A model generated the notes under the pieces. It saw only the letters and a program-made list of their open reading frames with translations. It did no database searches and had not been told where the DNA came from. 23,069 nucleotides of DNA from a bacterium (lineage in GTDB: Bacteria; CALINM01), in assembly GCA_041640455.1 (NCBI GenBank), contig JBEQAF010000029.1:1-23069 (forward strand), given 5' to 3'. Shown here piece by piece: positions 9,046-17,607 of this stretch. A program made the translations under genes and the position numbers. How positions within the stretch are numbered: position 1 is the stretch's first letter; every line of letters begins with the position of its first letter.

Positions 9046-10035
9046 TTATTTAACGAGTCTCTTCTTAATCTCTTCGGTAAATTTAGGTAAAAATGTAAGC
9101 GCATCATCAACTATGCCATAGGTAGAAACCTTAAATATGGGGGCTTCAGGATCCTTATTTACCGCCACAATGATATCAGATGTTCTCATGCCAGCCAGAT
9201 GCTGGATTGCACCGGATATGCCGAAAGCAAAGTATATTTTAGGCTTAACGGTTTTTCCCGTCTGACCTACCTGATGGTCATAGGATATCCAGCCTGCGTC
9301 AACCACAGCTCTGCTGGCACCCACAGCTCCACCCAAAGCACCTGCCAGATCATGCAGAAGCTTGAAATTCTCAGGATTTCCCATACCTCTTCCGCCTGAT
9401 ATGATAAAATCCGCATCCTGCAGACTGATTTTACCTGTCTCTTTCAAAACCTCCAGAACCCTGACCGAGGTATCCTCTTCTTTAACCTCTATGTTAAGCA
9501 TGGTAAACTCACCCTGCCTTCCTTCGGTTTTTTCTGGAACAGGAAAAGCTTTTGGCCTTACTGATACGATCTTTAAAGCCTCTGAAAGAAATTTACCCCA
9601 GTAAAGCAGATTGCCTGCATAACAGGGTCTTACAAACTGAAGTGTGCCATCAGCTTTTTCCACATCAATCACATCGGCAATAACACCGGTTTTTAGTTTT
9701 GCTCCCACATAGGGTGCAAGATCTCTTCCATTTCCTGTCCCCGGGATAAGCAGATATGCAGGATTAATATTTTTTAAAAGCTCAACCAGCGCTTTTGAAA
9801 AGATCTGAGTCCTGTAATTTTTGAAAGAAGCAGATCTGACCGCATAAATTTTATCGTAGCCATAGCTAAACAGTTCATCTTTATACCTTTCAGGCTCCTC
9901 AGCAAAAAGGGCACAGCTAATTGCATCAGCGCCATCAAGCTCTTTTACCTTTCTTGCTAAACTGAAGATTTCGAGGGAACTTTTTTTAATCTGATTTTCA
10001 TCTATCTCTATGAAACACAGTATCTCTTTTGCCAT
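9046..10035 (-). CDS. etfA: Electron transfer flavoprotein alpha subunit
   Basis: SGGRGMG, GASRAVVDAGW, QVGQTGKTV, GISGAIQHLAGM and NKDPEAPIF. Confidence 0.96.
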   Translation of the reverse strand: MAKEILCFIEIDENQIKKSSLEIFSLARKVKELDGADAISCALFAEEPERYKDELFSYGYDKIYAVRSASFKNYRTQIFSKALVELLKNINPAYLLIPGTGNGRDLAPYVGAKLKTGVIADVIDVEKADGTLQFVRPCYAGNLLYWGKFLSEALKIVSVRPKAFPVPEKTEGRQGEFTMLNIEVKEEDTSVRVLEVLKETGKISLQDADFIISGGRGMGNPENFKLLHDLAGALGGAVGASRAVVDAGWISYDHQVGQTGKTVKPKIYFAFGISGAIQHLAGMRTSDIIVAVNKDPEAPIFKVSTYGIVDDALTFLPKFTEEIKKRLVK

Positions 10036-10044
10036 ATAAGCCTC

Positions 10045-10821
10045 CTAAAATACCTTTTGAGAAAAAAGGTTTTCTATAAGTTTTGAAATAGTCTCTTCTG
10101 TTGAGCCGGTTAAAATCTCTCCTGCCTGTCTTGGAGGAGGAGGGGATACCTTGACCATGGCTTCATTTATAACTATATCTCCCATCCCGAGATCAGCTTT
10201 GGAAAATACAGGAATGGGCACTTTAGCAGCCTTTCTCAGCCCTATCAGTGATGGATAACGGGGTTTGTTGATATCCTTTACCACCGTAATTAGACAGGGC
10301 AGACTGGCAGAAACTATCTCCTTGCCACCTTCCAGCAGTCTTTCAGCCACTATTTTTTTATCACTATCGCTTAACTCTTTGACCTTTGAAACATAAGATA
10401 TTAATGGTATATCAAGAAATGCGGCAACCTGAGGTCCTATATGAGCTGTATCACCGCCAAGCGCCAGCTTTCCAGCCACTATCAGATCTGCACCACCTAT
10501 CTTTTCAATGGCTCTGGCAAGAGCTTCTGCTGTAACAAGCGTATCACAGCCTTTAAAAGCCAGATCCATAATGTGATAAACCTGATCGACTCCCATGGCT
10601 AAAGCAGTTCTCAGTACTTCCTGAGCGTTATCATCTCCCATTGTTATTATAACCACCTCACCACCCAGCTTCTCTTTCCACTGCAAGCATTCTTCTATAA
10701 CAAACTCATCAAAGGGATTCAGAATTTTTGGCACACCATCCAGTTTTAAATCTGGCCCCTGAGTTGATGGCTTTATCTCAGCGGGATCATAAATCTGTTT
10801 GATTAATCCGACAAATCGCAT
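10045..10821 (-). CDS. etfB: Electron transfer flavoprotein beta subunit
   Basis: KQ..D, NPFDEF, ALAMGVD, DTLVTA, GDTAHIGP and INKPRYPS. Lies directly upstream of etfA. Confidence 0.95.
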   Translation of the reverse strand: MRFVGLIKQIYDPAEIKPSTQGPDLKLDGVPKILNPFDEFVIEECLQWKEKLGGEVVIITMGDDNAQEVLRTALAMGVDQVYHIMDLAFKGCDTLVTAEALARAIEKIGGADLIVAGKLALGGDTAHIGPQVAAFLDIPLISYVSKVKELSDSDKKIVAERLLEGGKEIVSASLPCLITVVKDINKPRYPSLIGLRKAAKVPIPVFSKADLGMGDIVINEAMVKVSPPPPRQAGEILTGSTEETISKLIENLFSQKVF

Positions 10822-10831
10822 ATAAATCCTC

Positions 10832-11971
10832 CTATCTTAAAATATTTGAAGCTATTACCAGTCTCTGAATCTCGGAAGTCCCCTCGTAGATCTCTGTAAT
10901 CTTGGCGTCTCTGAAGAATCTTTCTACAGGATATTCTTTGCTATAACCGTATCCGCCGTGAATCTGTATGGCTTTTGTAGTTACCCTCATGGCAACTTCC
11001 GAGGAATAAACCTTTGACATGGCAGACTCTTTAGTGAACGGCTGTCCTGCATCTTTAAGAAATGCTGCTCTTCTGGTAAGAAGCCTTGCTGCGTCAATCT
11101 CTGTTGCCATATCAGCAAGCATCCACTGGATTGCCTGAAACTCTGCTATGGCTTTTCCAAACTGAACTCTTTCTTTTGCAAATTTCAGAGCCTCTTCATA
11201 GGCACCTCTTGCAATACCCACCGCCTGAGCAGCAATTCCTATCCTGCCGCAGTCAAGGGTATACATGGCTATTTTAAAACCTTCGCCCTCTTTCCCCAGT
11301 AGATTTGATGCAGGGATTCTCACATCCTGAAGAACCAGCTCTGCTGTACCTGATGCGTTAATGCCGAGCTTATGTTCCACTTTACCCACAGAAAAACCAG
11401 GTGTTCCTTTTTCAACTATAAAACAGGATATACCTTTGTGCTTCAGACTCCTGTCAGTAGAAGCAAATATAAGCGCTGTGTCTGCGTGTGTGGCGTTGGT
11501 AATAAATATTTTACTACCATTTAAAATATATTGATCCCCATCTTTAACCGCTGTAGTCTGAATACCGCCTGCATCAGAGCCCGCATTTGGTTCAGTAAGT
11601 CCAAAGCATCCAAGCTTCTTTCCAGAGGCAAGGGGGGTTAAAAATTCTCTTTTCTGATCCTCAGTTCCAAACTTTACCAGTGGTGCACAGACAAGAGAGT
11701 TATTAACTGACATGATAACGGAAGTGCTACCGCAGTATCTGGCAATCTCTTCTATAGCAATGGCATAGCAAACATAGCTAAGAGCTGCTCCACCATACTC
11801 TTCGGGAATGTTCACACCCATAAGCCCCAGTTCACCCATCTTCTTTACAAGCTCGACCGGGAACTCACCGGTTTCATCCAGCTTCGCAGCTACAGGCTTA
11901 ACCTCTTTTTCAGCAAAATTTTTTGCCATCTCCTGCATCATTCTTTCTTCTTCATTTAACAAAAAATCCAT
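10832..11971 (-). CDS. bcd: Butyryl-CoA (short-chain acyl-CoA) dehydrogenase
   Basis: GCFGLTEPNAGSDA, GSKIFITN, LDCGRIGIAAQAVGIA and ITEIYEGTSEIQR, in the hbd-crt-bcd-etfB-etfA order. Confidence 0.9.
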   Translation of the reverse strand: MDFLLNEEERMMQEMAKNFAEKEVKPVAAKLDETGEFPVELVKKMGELGLMGVNIPEEYGGAALSYVCYAIAIEEIARYCGSTSVIMSVNNSLVCAPLVKFGTEDQKREFLTPLASGKKLGCFGLTEPNAGSDAGGIQTTAVKDGDQYILNGSKIFITNATHADTALIFASTDRSLKHKGISCFIVEKGTPGFSVGKVEHKLGINASGTAELVLQDVRIPASNLLGKEGEGFKIAMYTLDCGRIGIAAQAVGIARGAYEEALKFAKERVQFGKAIAEFQAIQWMLADMATEIDAARLLTRRAAFLKDAGQPFTKESAMSKVYSSEVAMRVTTKAIQIHGGYGYSKEYPVERFFRDAKITEIYEGTSEIQRLVIASNILR

Positions 11972-12013
11972 AAAAAACCTCCCGGTTTATCTAAAAAATT
12001 TTATTTATTAACC

Positions 12014-12796
12014 CTACCTGCCCTTGAACTCTGCCTTTCTCTTCTCAAGAAAAGCCTTCATACCTTCCTTCTGGTCTTCTGTGGCAAAACATAATGCAAA
12101 ATAGTCTGCCTCAGTTTTTAACCCTCTTTTAATATCGGTACTTGCAGCAATCTCAACCAGTTCTTTGGCAAGCTTAATTGCAAGCGGCGCCTTTGAGGCA
12201 ATCTTTTTTGCTATATTTAATACATCTTCCATAAGCTTATCGGCTTCACAGACCTTATTAACAATGCCTAAGTCCAGAGCGGTACAGGCATCTATCATCT
12301 CGCCGCTTAAAATCATTTCTTTTGCCTTTGCGGTTCCTATTCTCTTTGTCAGCCTCTGGGTGCCGCCAAAGCCCGGAAATACTCCCAACCCAACCTCAGG
12401 CAATCCAAACTTTGCCTTGTCTGAGGCATATATGAAATCACAGGAAAGAGCTATCTCAGTGCCTCCACCTAAGGCAAATCCATTTACAGCAGCTATTACA
12501 GGAAATGGCGCATTTTCTATGGTGTTCATCAGCCTGTGTCCCCTGTTGGCAAACTCTTTAGCCTCAAGCACTGTCATTCCTGCCATCTCTGAGATATCAG
12601 CACCGGCTACAAAAGCTTTACTACCTGCACCGGTTAATATGGCAGCCCTTAAATCATCTCTTGAATAAAGCCCCTCAAAAAGACAGGTGAGCTCTAAAAT
12701 CGTCTCTGTATTTAAGGCATTCAGCTTGGACTCTCTATTAATAGTTACTATTGCGATCCCTTCTTTTACTTCCAATAACAGATTTTTAAACTCCAT
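12014..12796 (-). CDS. crt: Short-chain enoyl-CoA hydratase (crotonase)
   Basis: KAFVAGADISEM, both catalytic glutamates (GGGTEIALSCD, GLPEVGLG), PGFGGTQRL and DQKEGMKAFLEKRK. Confidence 0.92.
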   Translation of the reverse strand: MEFKNLLLEVKEGIAIVTINRESKLNALNTETILELTCLFEGLYSRDDLRAAILTGAGSKAFVAGADISEMAGMTVLEAKEFANRGHRLMNTIENAPFPVIAAVNGFALGGGTEIALSCDFIYASDKAKFGLPEVGLGVFPGFGGTQRLTKRIGTAKAKEMILSGEMIDACTALDLGIVNKVCEADKLMEDVLNIAKKIASKAPLAIKLAKELVEIAASTDIKRGLKTEADYFALCFATEDQKEGMKAFLEKRKAEFKGR

Positions 12797-12831
12797 AACC
12801 CATCCTCCTTTAAAGTCAAACTAACCCAATA

Positions 12832-13686
12832 TTATTTGTTATATTCATAAAACCCACGTCCCACCTTTCTTCCCAGAAGTCCTGCATCCACATATTTTTT
12901 GAGAAGCGGGCAGGGTCTGTATTTAGGGTCACCCAGCCCTTCATATAGCACATTGAGAATGGCAAGACAGGTGTCCAGTCCAATTAGGTCTGCCAGCTCA
13001 AGGGGACCCATGGGATGGTTCATTCCCAGTTTCATAACCGTATCAATGCTTTCTCTTGTGCCCACTCCTTCATAAAGTGCATATACGGCTTCGTTAATCA
13101 TGGGCAGTAATATTCTGTTAGATATAAAACCCGGAAAGTCATTAGCCTCTGCGGGAGTTTTACCCATTTTTAATGATAGATCCCATACAGTTTTAAAAGT
13201 TTCTTCAGAGGTAAGAAGCCCCTTTATAACCTCAACCAGCTTCATTACCGGAACTGGATTCATAAAATGCATGCCTATTACCTTATCAGGTCTTTTAGTA
13301 ACCGCCGCTATCTTAGTAATGGATATAGAAGAGGTATTTGAAGAAAGAATGGTATGTTTGGGGGTTATATCATCAAGTTTTCTAAAAAGTTCAAGCTTTA
13401 ATTGAATGTTTTCAGTAGCTGCTTCAACTACAAAATCGGCATCCTTAAACTCATTAAGATTATCGGTGCCTCTGATTCTTTTCATTACTTTCTGAAGCTC
13501 ATCCTCAGTCATCTTCCCTTTCTCAACAGCCCTTTTAAGGTTTTTTTCAATGTTAGACAGACCTCTTTTTACAAATTCCTCGTTAATATCATTCATTATC
13601 ACATTAAAGCCTGTCTGGGCTGCTACCTGCGCTATACCAGAGCCCATCTGCCCTGCACCCACAACTCCAAAAAACCTGATATCCAT
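12832..13686 (-). CDS. hbd: 3-hydroxybutyryl-CoA dehydrogenase
   Basis: Rossmann [42 protein letters not shown] and [16 protein letters not shown]. Confidence 0.95.
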   Translation of the reverse strand: MDIRFFGVVGAGQMGSGIAQVAAQTGFNVIMNDINEEFVKRGLSNIEKNLKRAVEKGKMTEDELQKVMKRIRGTDNLNEFKDADFVVEAATENIQLKLELFRKLDDITPKHTILSSNTSSISITKIAAVTKRPDKVIGMHFMNPVPVMKLVEVIKGLLTSEETFKTVWDLSLKMGKTPAEANDFPGFISNRILLPMINEAVYALYEGVGTRESIDTVMKLGMNHPMGPLELADLIGLDTCLAILNVLYEGLGDPKYRPCPLLKKYVDAGLLGRKVGRGFYEYNK

Positions 13687-13697
13687 AATCCCTCCTG

Positions 13698-14732
13698 TTA
13701 CATAAAATATTTTTTTAGTTTTAATGCATACTCCTCTGGTGACAAAGTATGCACGTCTTCTCCTGCAAACATGGGTACAAACCAGGTATCAAAATTGGAA
13801 TAAAGAGACTTAAAAGCAGGTCTTGCACAAAGTCTTATCTGGAGTGAGTAATATTCTTTATCTTCTGTTTTAGGTGATGATAAAAGAGCAAAGGTACAGG
13901 TATTTCCCTCGTCTTCATAAAAGGCTAAAGATCTTATTATCCCCTCTGCAAGGGCATAAATCTCCTTTTCTGATAATTCAAAAATACTGCTTTTTCCCCT
14001 TACAATACCCCAGATCTCTTTCTGATGGGAAGGTGAATAGGGAACAATCCAGTAAATCTGTCCCATCTCACAAATATATCTTGCACCAAGCTCTTTTTCC
14101 TTTAAAAGAAGCTCCTGCCAATAGTTTTCTTTATTTTTAAAAAAATAGCCTTTGCTCAGATTAATTAAATTTGTGAGCCCCGAATATTCGTAGCCTCTTA
14201 CATGAACCTGAAGATGGGGATGAGGTACGCTTGATCCGCCGGGGTGAAGAAAATTCATGCCCAGAATATGATGTGACAGATTATAGCATTTTTGTCCTCT
14301 TTCAATAAAATCCCTGCAGTTTATCAGGGCGTTATAAAAGTCTTCTGCTGAATATTCTTTAAGATTCAAAATATGCTTGTTTTTGTTGATTATACATACC
14401 CCATCAAGCCTTGCCTTGGAGAAAAGATTGGGCACACATATACTATCTCCTGCCCTGAAAAAGCCTTCTTCAACAAAATCTCTTTGAAATCTTGTGCCAC
14501 TTTTGTCAGCCACACAGAATGGACAGTTAGCCTTAGTTTTTTCTTCGAGATCTTTTAAAAGCTCATTGTCTTTGGACCCAAGAAAAGCCTTTGCCTTCTC
14601 ACCAAGAAACCCATTTATGGTGGCTACAACACCAGTCAAAGGGTCCTTTCTATGTTCAATCTCCTGTTTCATTAGTGAGCCATCAAAGGAAACAAAATCA
14701 ACCGTCTCTTTAAGAGACTGAAATTCAATCAT
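13698..14732 (-). CDS. GalT-like (HIT superfamily, HxHxQ branch) nucleotidyltransferase of unknown substrate
   Basis: DPLTG, Zn-ligand CPFC (C70/C73), VPNLF, H120, catalytic [10 protein letters not shown] (H171-P-H173-x-Q175) and C-terminal PEEYA. The GalT RxxRP and G[YF]E motifs are missing. Confidence 0.8.
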   Translation of the reverse strand: MIEFQSLKETVDFVSFDGSLMKQEIEHRKDPLTGVVATINGFLGEKAKAFLGSKDNELLKDLEEKTKANCPFCVADKSGTRFQRDFVEEGFFRAGDSICVPNLFSKARLDGVCIINKNKHILNLKEYSAEDFYNALINCRDFIERGQKCYNLSHHILGMNFLHPGGSSVPHPHLQVHVRGYEYSGLTNLINLSKGYFFKNKENYWQELLLKEKELGARYICEMGQIYWIVPYSPSHQKEIWGIVRGKSSIFELSEKEIYALAEGIIRSLAFYEDEGNTCTFALLSSPKTEDKEYYSLQIRLCARPAFKSLYSNFDTWFVPMFAGEDVHTLSPEEYALKLKKYFM

Positions 14733-14773
14733 CTAAGTTATCTCCCGAACATTAAAGAAAAAATAAAAAATTA

Positions 14774-15952
14774 TTAGTCTCTCTCCACAATCATGGCTAT
14801 GCCCATCCCACCGCCTATACAGAGTGTGGCAAGACCTCTTTTGGCATCTCGCTTCTGCATCTCATAAAGCAGTGTAACAAGCACTCTTGCTCCCGATGCG
14901 CCTATGGGATGTCCCAATGCAATCGCACCACCATTAACATTGGTAATCTGAGTATTTAAACCAAGCTCTTTTATTACCGTCAGAGCCTGTGCTGCAAAAG
15001 CTTCATTGGCTTCTATAAGATCAATATCTGAAAGATTTAGCCCAGCCTTATTTAAACAGTTTTTAACCGCATTTACCGGGCCATAACCCATGATTTTTGG
15101 ATCCACACCTGATTCTGCGTAGGCTCTTACATAAGCCAGAGGCTTTTTACCTATTTTTTTTGCAAAGCTTTCCGTTGCAACAATAAAGGCAGCTGCGCCA
15201 TCATTTATTCCTGAAGAGTTGCCGGCTGTAACAGTACCATCTTTTTTAAATGCAGGCTTCAGAGAGGCCAGAGCCTCTAAGCTGGTTCCAAATCTGGGAT
15301 GTTCATCAGTATCAAATAACTTTTCTTCTTTTTTTACCTTTACCGGAACAGGGATAATCTCATCCTTAAATCTTCCTTCTTTTATTGCCCTTTCTGCTCT
15401 TTTCTGGCTTTCGAGCGCATATTCATCCTGCATCTGTCTGGTAATATTAAATTTTTCTGCAAGATTTTCTGCCGTGTTGCCCATATGATATAGGTTAAAA
15501 GCGTCGGTTAATCCATCGTTAATCATTGAGTCAATTGCCTCTACATTTCCCATGCGGGCGCCAAACCTTGCAGATGGTATTAGGTAGGGCGCTCTGCTCA
15601 TATTTTCCATACCTCCGCAGACGACAACTGCTCTATCTTTAGCAATAATCGCCTGAGCCGCCAGAGATACGCTCTTAAGCCCTGAACCACATACCTTGTT
15701 TACAGTAAAGGCAGGCACTGATTCGCCTATCCCTGCCAGCACTGATGCCTGTCTTGCCACATTCTGTCCACATCCTGCCTGTAGCACACATCCCATTATG
15801 GTTTCTTCCACATCTTTCGGATCTATTCCTGCCCTCAAAATAGCCTCTTTAATTACAATACTTCCGAGTTTTTGAGGTTCTACATCTTTCAGAGCCCCCC
15901 CAAAAGTACCTATAGCTGTTCTTACTCCGCTTAATATGGCTACCCTTTCCAT
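14774..15952 (-). CDS. Acetyl-CoA C-acetyltransferase (thiolase), canonical ThlA/AtoB-like
   Basis: [41 protein letters not shown] and CIGGGMG. Confidence 0.95.
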   Translation of the reverse strand: MERVAILSGVRTAIGTFGGALKDVEPQKLGSIVIKEAILRAGIDPKDVEETIMGCVLQAGCGQNVARQASVLAGIGESVPAFTVNKVCGSGLKSVSLAAQAIIAKDRAVVVCGGMENMSRAPYLIPSARFGARMGNVEAIDSMINDGLTDAFNLYHMGNTAENLAEKFNITRQMQDEYALESQKRAERAIKEGRFKDEIIPVPVKVKKEEKLFDTDEHPRFGTSLEALASLKPAFKKDGTVTAGNSSGINDGAAAFIVATESFAKKIGKKPLAYVRAYAESGVDPKIMGYGPVNAVKNCLNKAGLNLSDIDLIEANEAFAAQALTVIKELGLNTQITNVNGGAIALGHPIGASGARVLVTLLYEMQKRDAKRGLATLCIGGGMGIAMIVERD

Positions 15953-15961
15953 ATCTCTCTC

Positions 15962-17146
15962 CTATCTCAATAAATTTTCAACAATTAGAGACACCGCCTC
16001 TCCACCTCCTAAACAAAGAGACGCCATTCCATATCTGCCACCTTTATCCCGCAATGTATATAATAAAGTAGTCAAAACCCTTGCCCCGGATGCTCCTATG
16101 GGGTGTCCCAGCGAGATGGCACTACCTCTCACATTTACCTTTTCGGGATTTATATTCAGTTCCCTAACGACAGCTACTGAAGATGCGGCAAAGGCATCGT
16201 TTATCTCATGAAAGGAGATATCCTTCTCTTCAATGCCCGCTTTTTTAAGACATTTGGGAATACTCAGAATGGGCGTTACAAGTACCCACATAGGATCCCA
16301 TGCGGCAGCGCACTGGGCTACTATTTTAGCCATAGGCTTTATGCCCAGTTCCTTTACCTTCTCACCTGACATGATAACAAGTGCTGAAGCGCCATCGCTT
16401 ATCTTTGATGCATTTCCCGCTGTTACAGTACCATTCTTGCTGAAGGCTGGTCTAAGAGACTGAAGACTTTCAAGAGTTGTCTCTCTGTATATTTCATCTA
16501 CCGTGAAAGGCTTGGGATCTCCCTTTTTCTGAGGCACCATTACTGTACAGATCTCATCTTTAAAATAGCCCTTCTCGATACTCTCCTTAGCTTTCTGATA
16601 ACTTTTAAATGCATAGCTGTCCTGATCTTCTCTCGAAACATTATATTTTTTAGATACCTCATCGGCAGTATTTCCCATATGCATATTGTAATAGGCTTCC
16701 CATAGTCCATCCAGTATCATAGCATCGCTTATGGTTGCATTACCCATCCTTGCTCCAGATCTCAGTTTATCCATGAGATAGGGTGCTCTGGTCATGTTTT
16801 CCATTCCACCGGCTACCACTATATCCGCATCGCCGGTCTGGATTGCCTGCGCTGCTAACATGACTGCTTTTAGCCCTGACCCACATACTTTATTTACAGT
16901 AAAACACTCTACACTATTTGGAAGTCCGCTTTTCAATGCAGCCTGCCTGGCAGGATTCTGTCCTAACCCTGCCTGGATAACACAGCCCATAATAACCTCA
17001 TTTACCACTTCTGGTGATATACCAGCTCTATTAACAGCCTCCTTTATTGCTATAGCTCCAAGCTCAGGGGCTGCAAATCCGCTCAGACTTCCTTCAAAAG
17101 CTCCTATCGCTGTTCTTGTTGCGCTTATTATATAAGCCTCTTTCAT
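15962..17146 (-). CDS. Acetyl-CoA C-acyltransferase (thiolase), variant with NDAF fingerprint
   Basis: [45 protein letters not shown] and CLGGGEA. Confidence 0.93.
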   Translation of the reverse strand: MKEAYIISATRTAIGAFEGSLSGFAAPELGAIAIKEAVNRAGISPEVVNEVIMGCVIQAGLGQNPARQAALKSGLPNSVECFTVNKVCGSGLKAVMLAAQAIQTGDADIVVAGGMENMTRAPYLMDKLRSGARMGNATISDAMILDGLWEAYYNMHMGNTADEVSKKYNVSREDQDSYAFKSYQKAKESIEKGYFKDEICTVMVPQKKGDPKPFTVDEIYRETTLESLQSLRPAFSKNGTVTAGNASKISDGASALVIMSGEKVKELGIKPMAKIVAQCAAAWDPMWVLVTPILSIPKCLKKAGIEEKDISFHEINDAFAASSVAVVRELNINPEKVNVRGSAISLGHPIGASGARVLTTLLYTLRDKGGRYGMASLCLGGGEAVSLIVENLLR

Positions 17147-17148
17147 AG

Positions 17149-17550
17149 CTACTCCTTGATCTCTGTCAGTCTTTTCTGAATATGTTTTTTATAGTCACTT
17201 ATCTCTTCGCTGAGCTTCCTAAGTGAGCTGATCCGTTTATCTATCTCCCCGAGATGCTTGTCAAGAATATCCAGAAGTTTGGTAAGAGCCGCCCTGTTGC
17301 TTTTGCTCACCAGATATATGTTTTCCAGCTCTTTCATGTCATTTAAGGTGAGTCCAAGAACTTTGAGCCTTTTTATAAACTTAAGTCTCCGAAGGTCATC
17401 AATAGTGTAGATTCTCTTACCGCCCTCAAGTCTTTTAATTGAATTTAAAAGCCCAATCTCTTCGTAATATCTTACAGTTCGGGTTGTCATCCCTACCATC
17501 TCAGCAATCTCGCCGATGCTAAATGAGTTTCTCTCTGATGATTTTGCCAT
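17149..17550 (-). CDS. MerR-family transcriptional regulator, LiuR-like (no cysteines)
   Basis: MerR HTH SIGEIAEMVGMTTRTVRYYEEIGLL..KRIY, then a coiled-coil with no metal-binding Cys. It heads an acyl-CoA catabolic operon and has a LiuR-type site upstream. Confidence 0.9.
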   Translation of the reverse strand: MAKSSERNSFSIGEIAEMVGMTTRTVRYYEEIGLLNSIKRLEGGKRIYTIDDLRRLKFIKRLKVLGLTLNDMKELENIYLVSKSNRAALTKLLDILDKHLGEIDKRISSLRKLSEEISDYKKHIQKRLTEIKE

Positions 17551-17557
17551 TTTTCCT

Positions 17558-17575
17558 CTTTACGTAAACTGAGAG
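17558..17575. promoter_or_regulatory. Putative LiuR-type operator
   Basis: CTTTACGTAAACTGAGAG contains the perfect palindrome TTTACGTAAA (17559-17568). It matches 15/18 positions of the LiuR consensus sTTTACGTwwACGTAAAs as I recall it, and abuts the GAGG SD of the MerR gene. Confidence 0.6.
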
Positions 17576-17584
17576 ATTTATATT

Positions 17585-17607
17585 AAAAAAGGGGAGTTTC
17601 TCCCCTT
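17585..17607 (-). terminator. Rho-independent terminator after the CBS gene
   Basis: Minus strand AAGGGGAG-AAA-CTCCCCTT followed by TTTT, immediately after the TAG stop (17610-17608). Confidence 0.8.

Noticed and set aside
13698..14732. Galactose-1-phosphate uridylyltransferase (galT) of the Leloir pathway
   Set aside because: Only the catalytic and Zn motifs are retained. The sugar-binding motifs are not recognisable and there are no galactose genes nearby.
17149..17550. Metal-sensing MerR (MerR/CueR/ZntR), SoxR, or B12 photoreceptor CarH
   Set aside because: The 133-aa protein has no cysteines and no C-terminal B12-binding domain.
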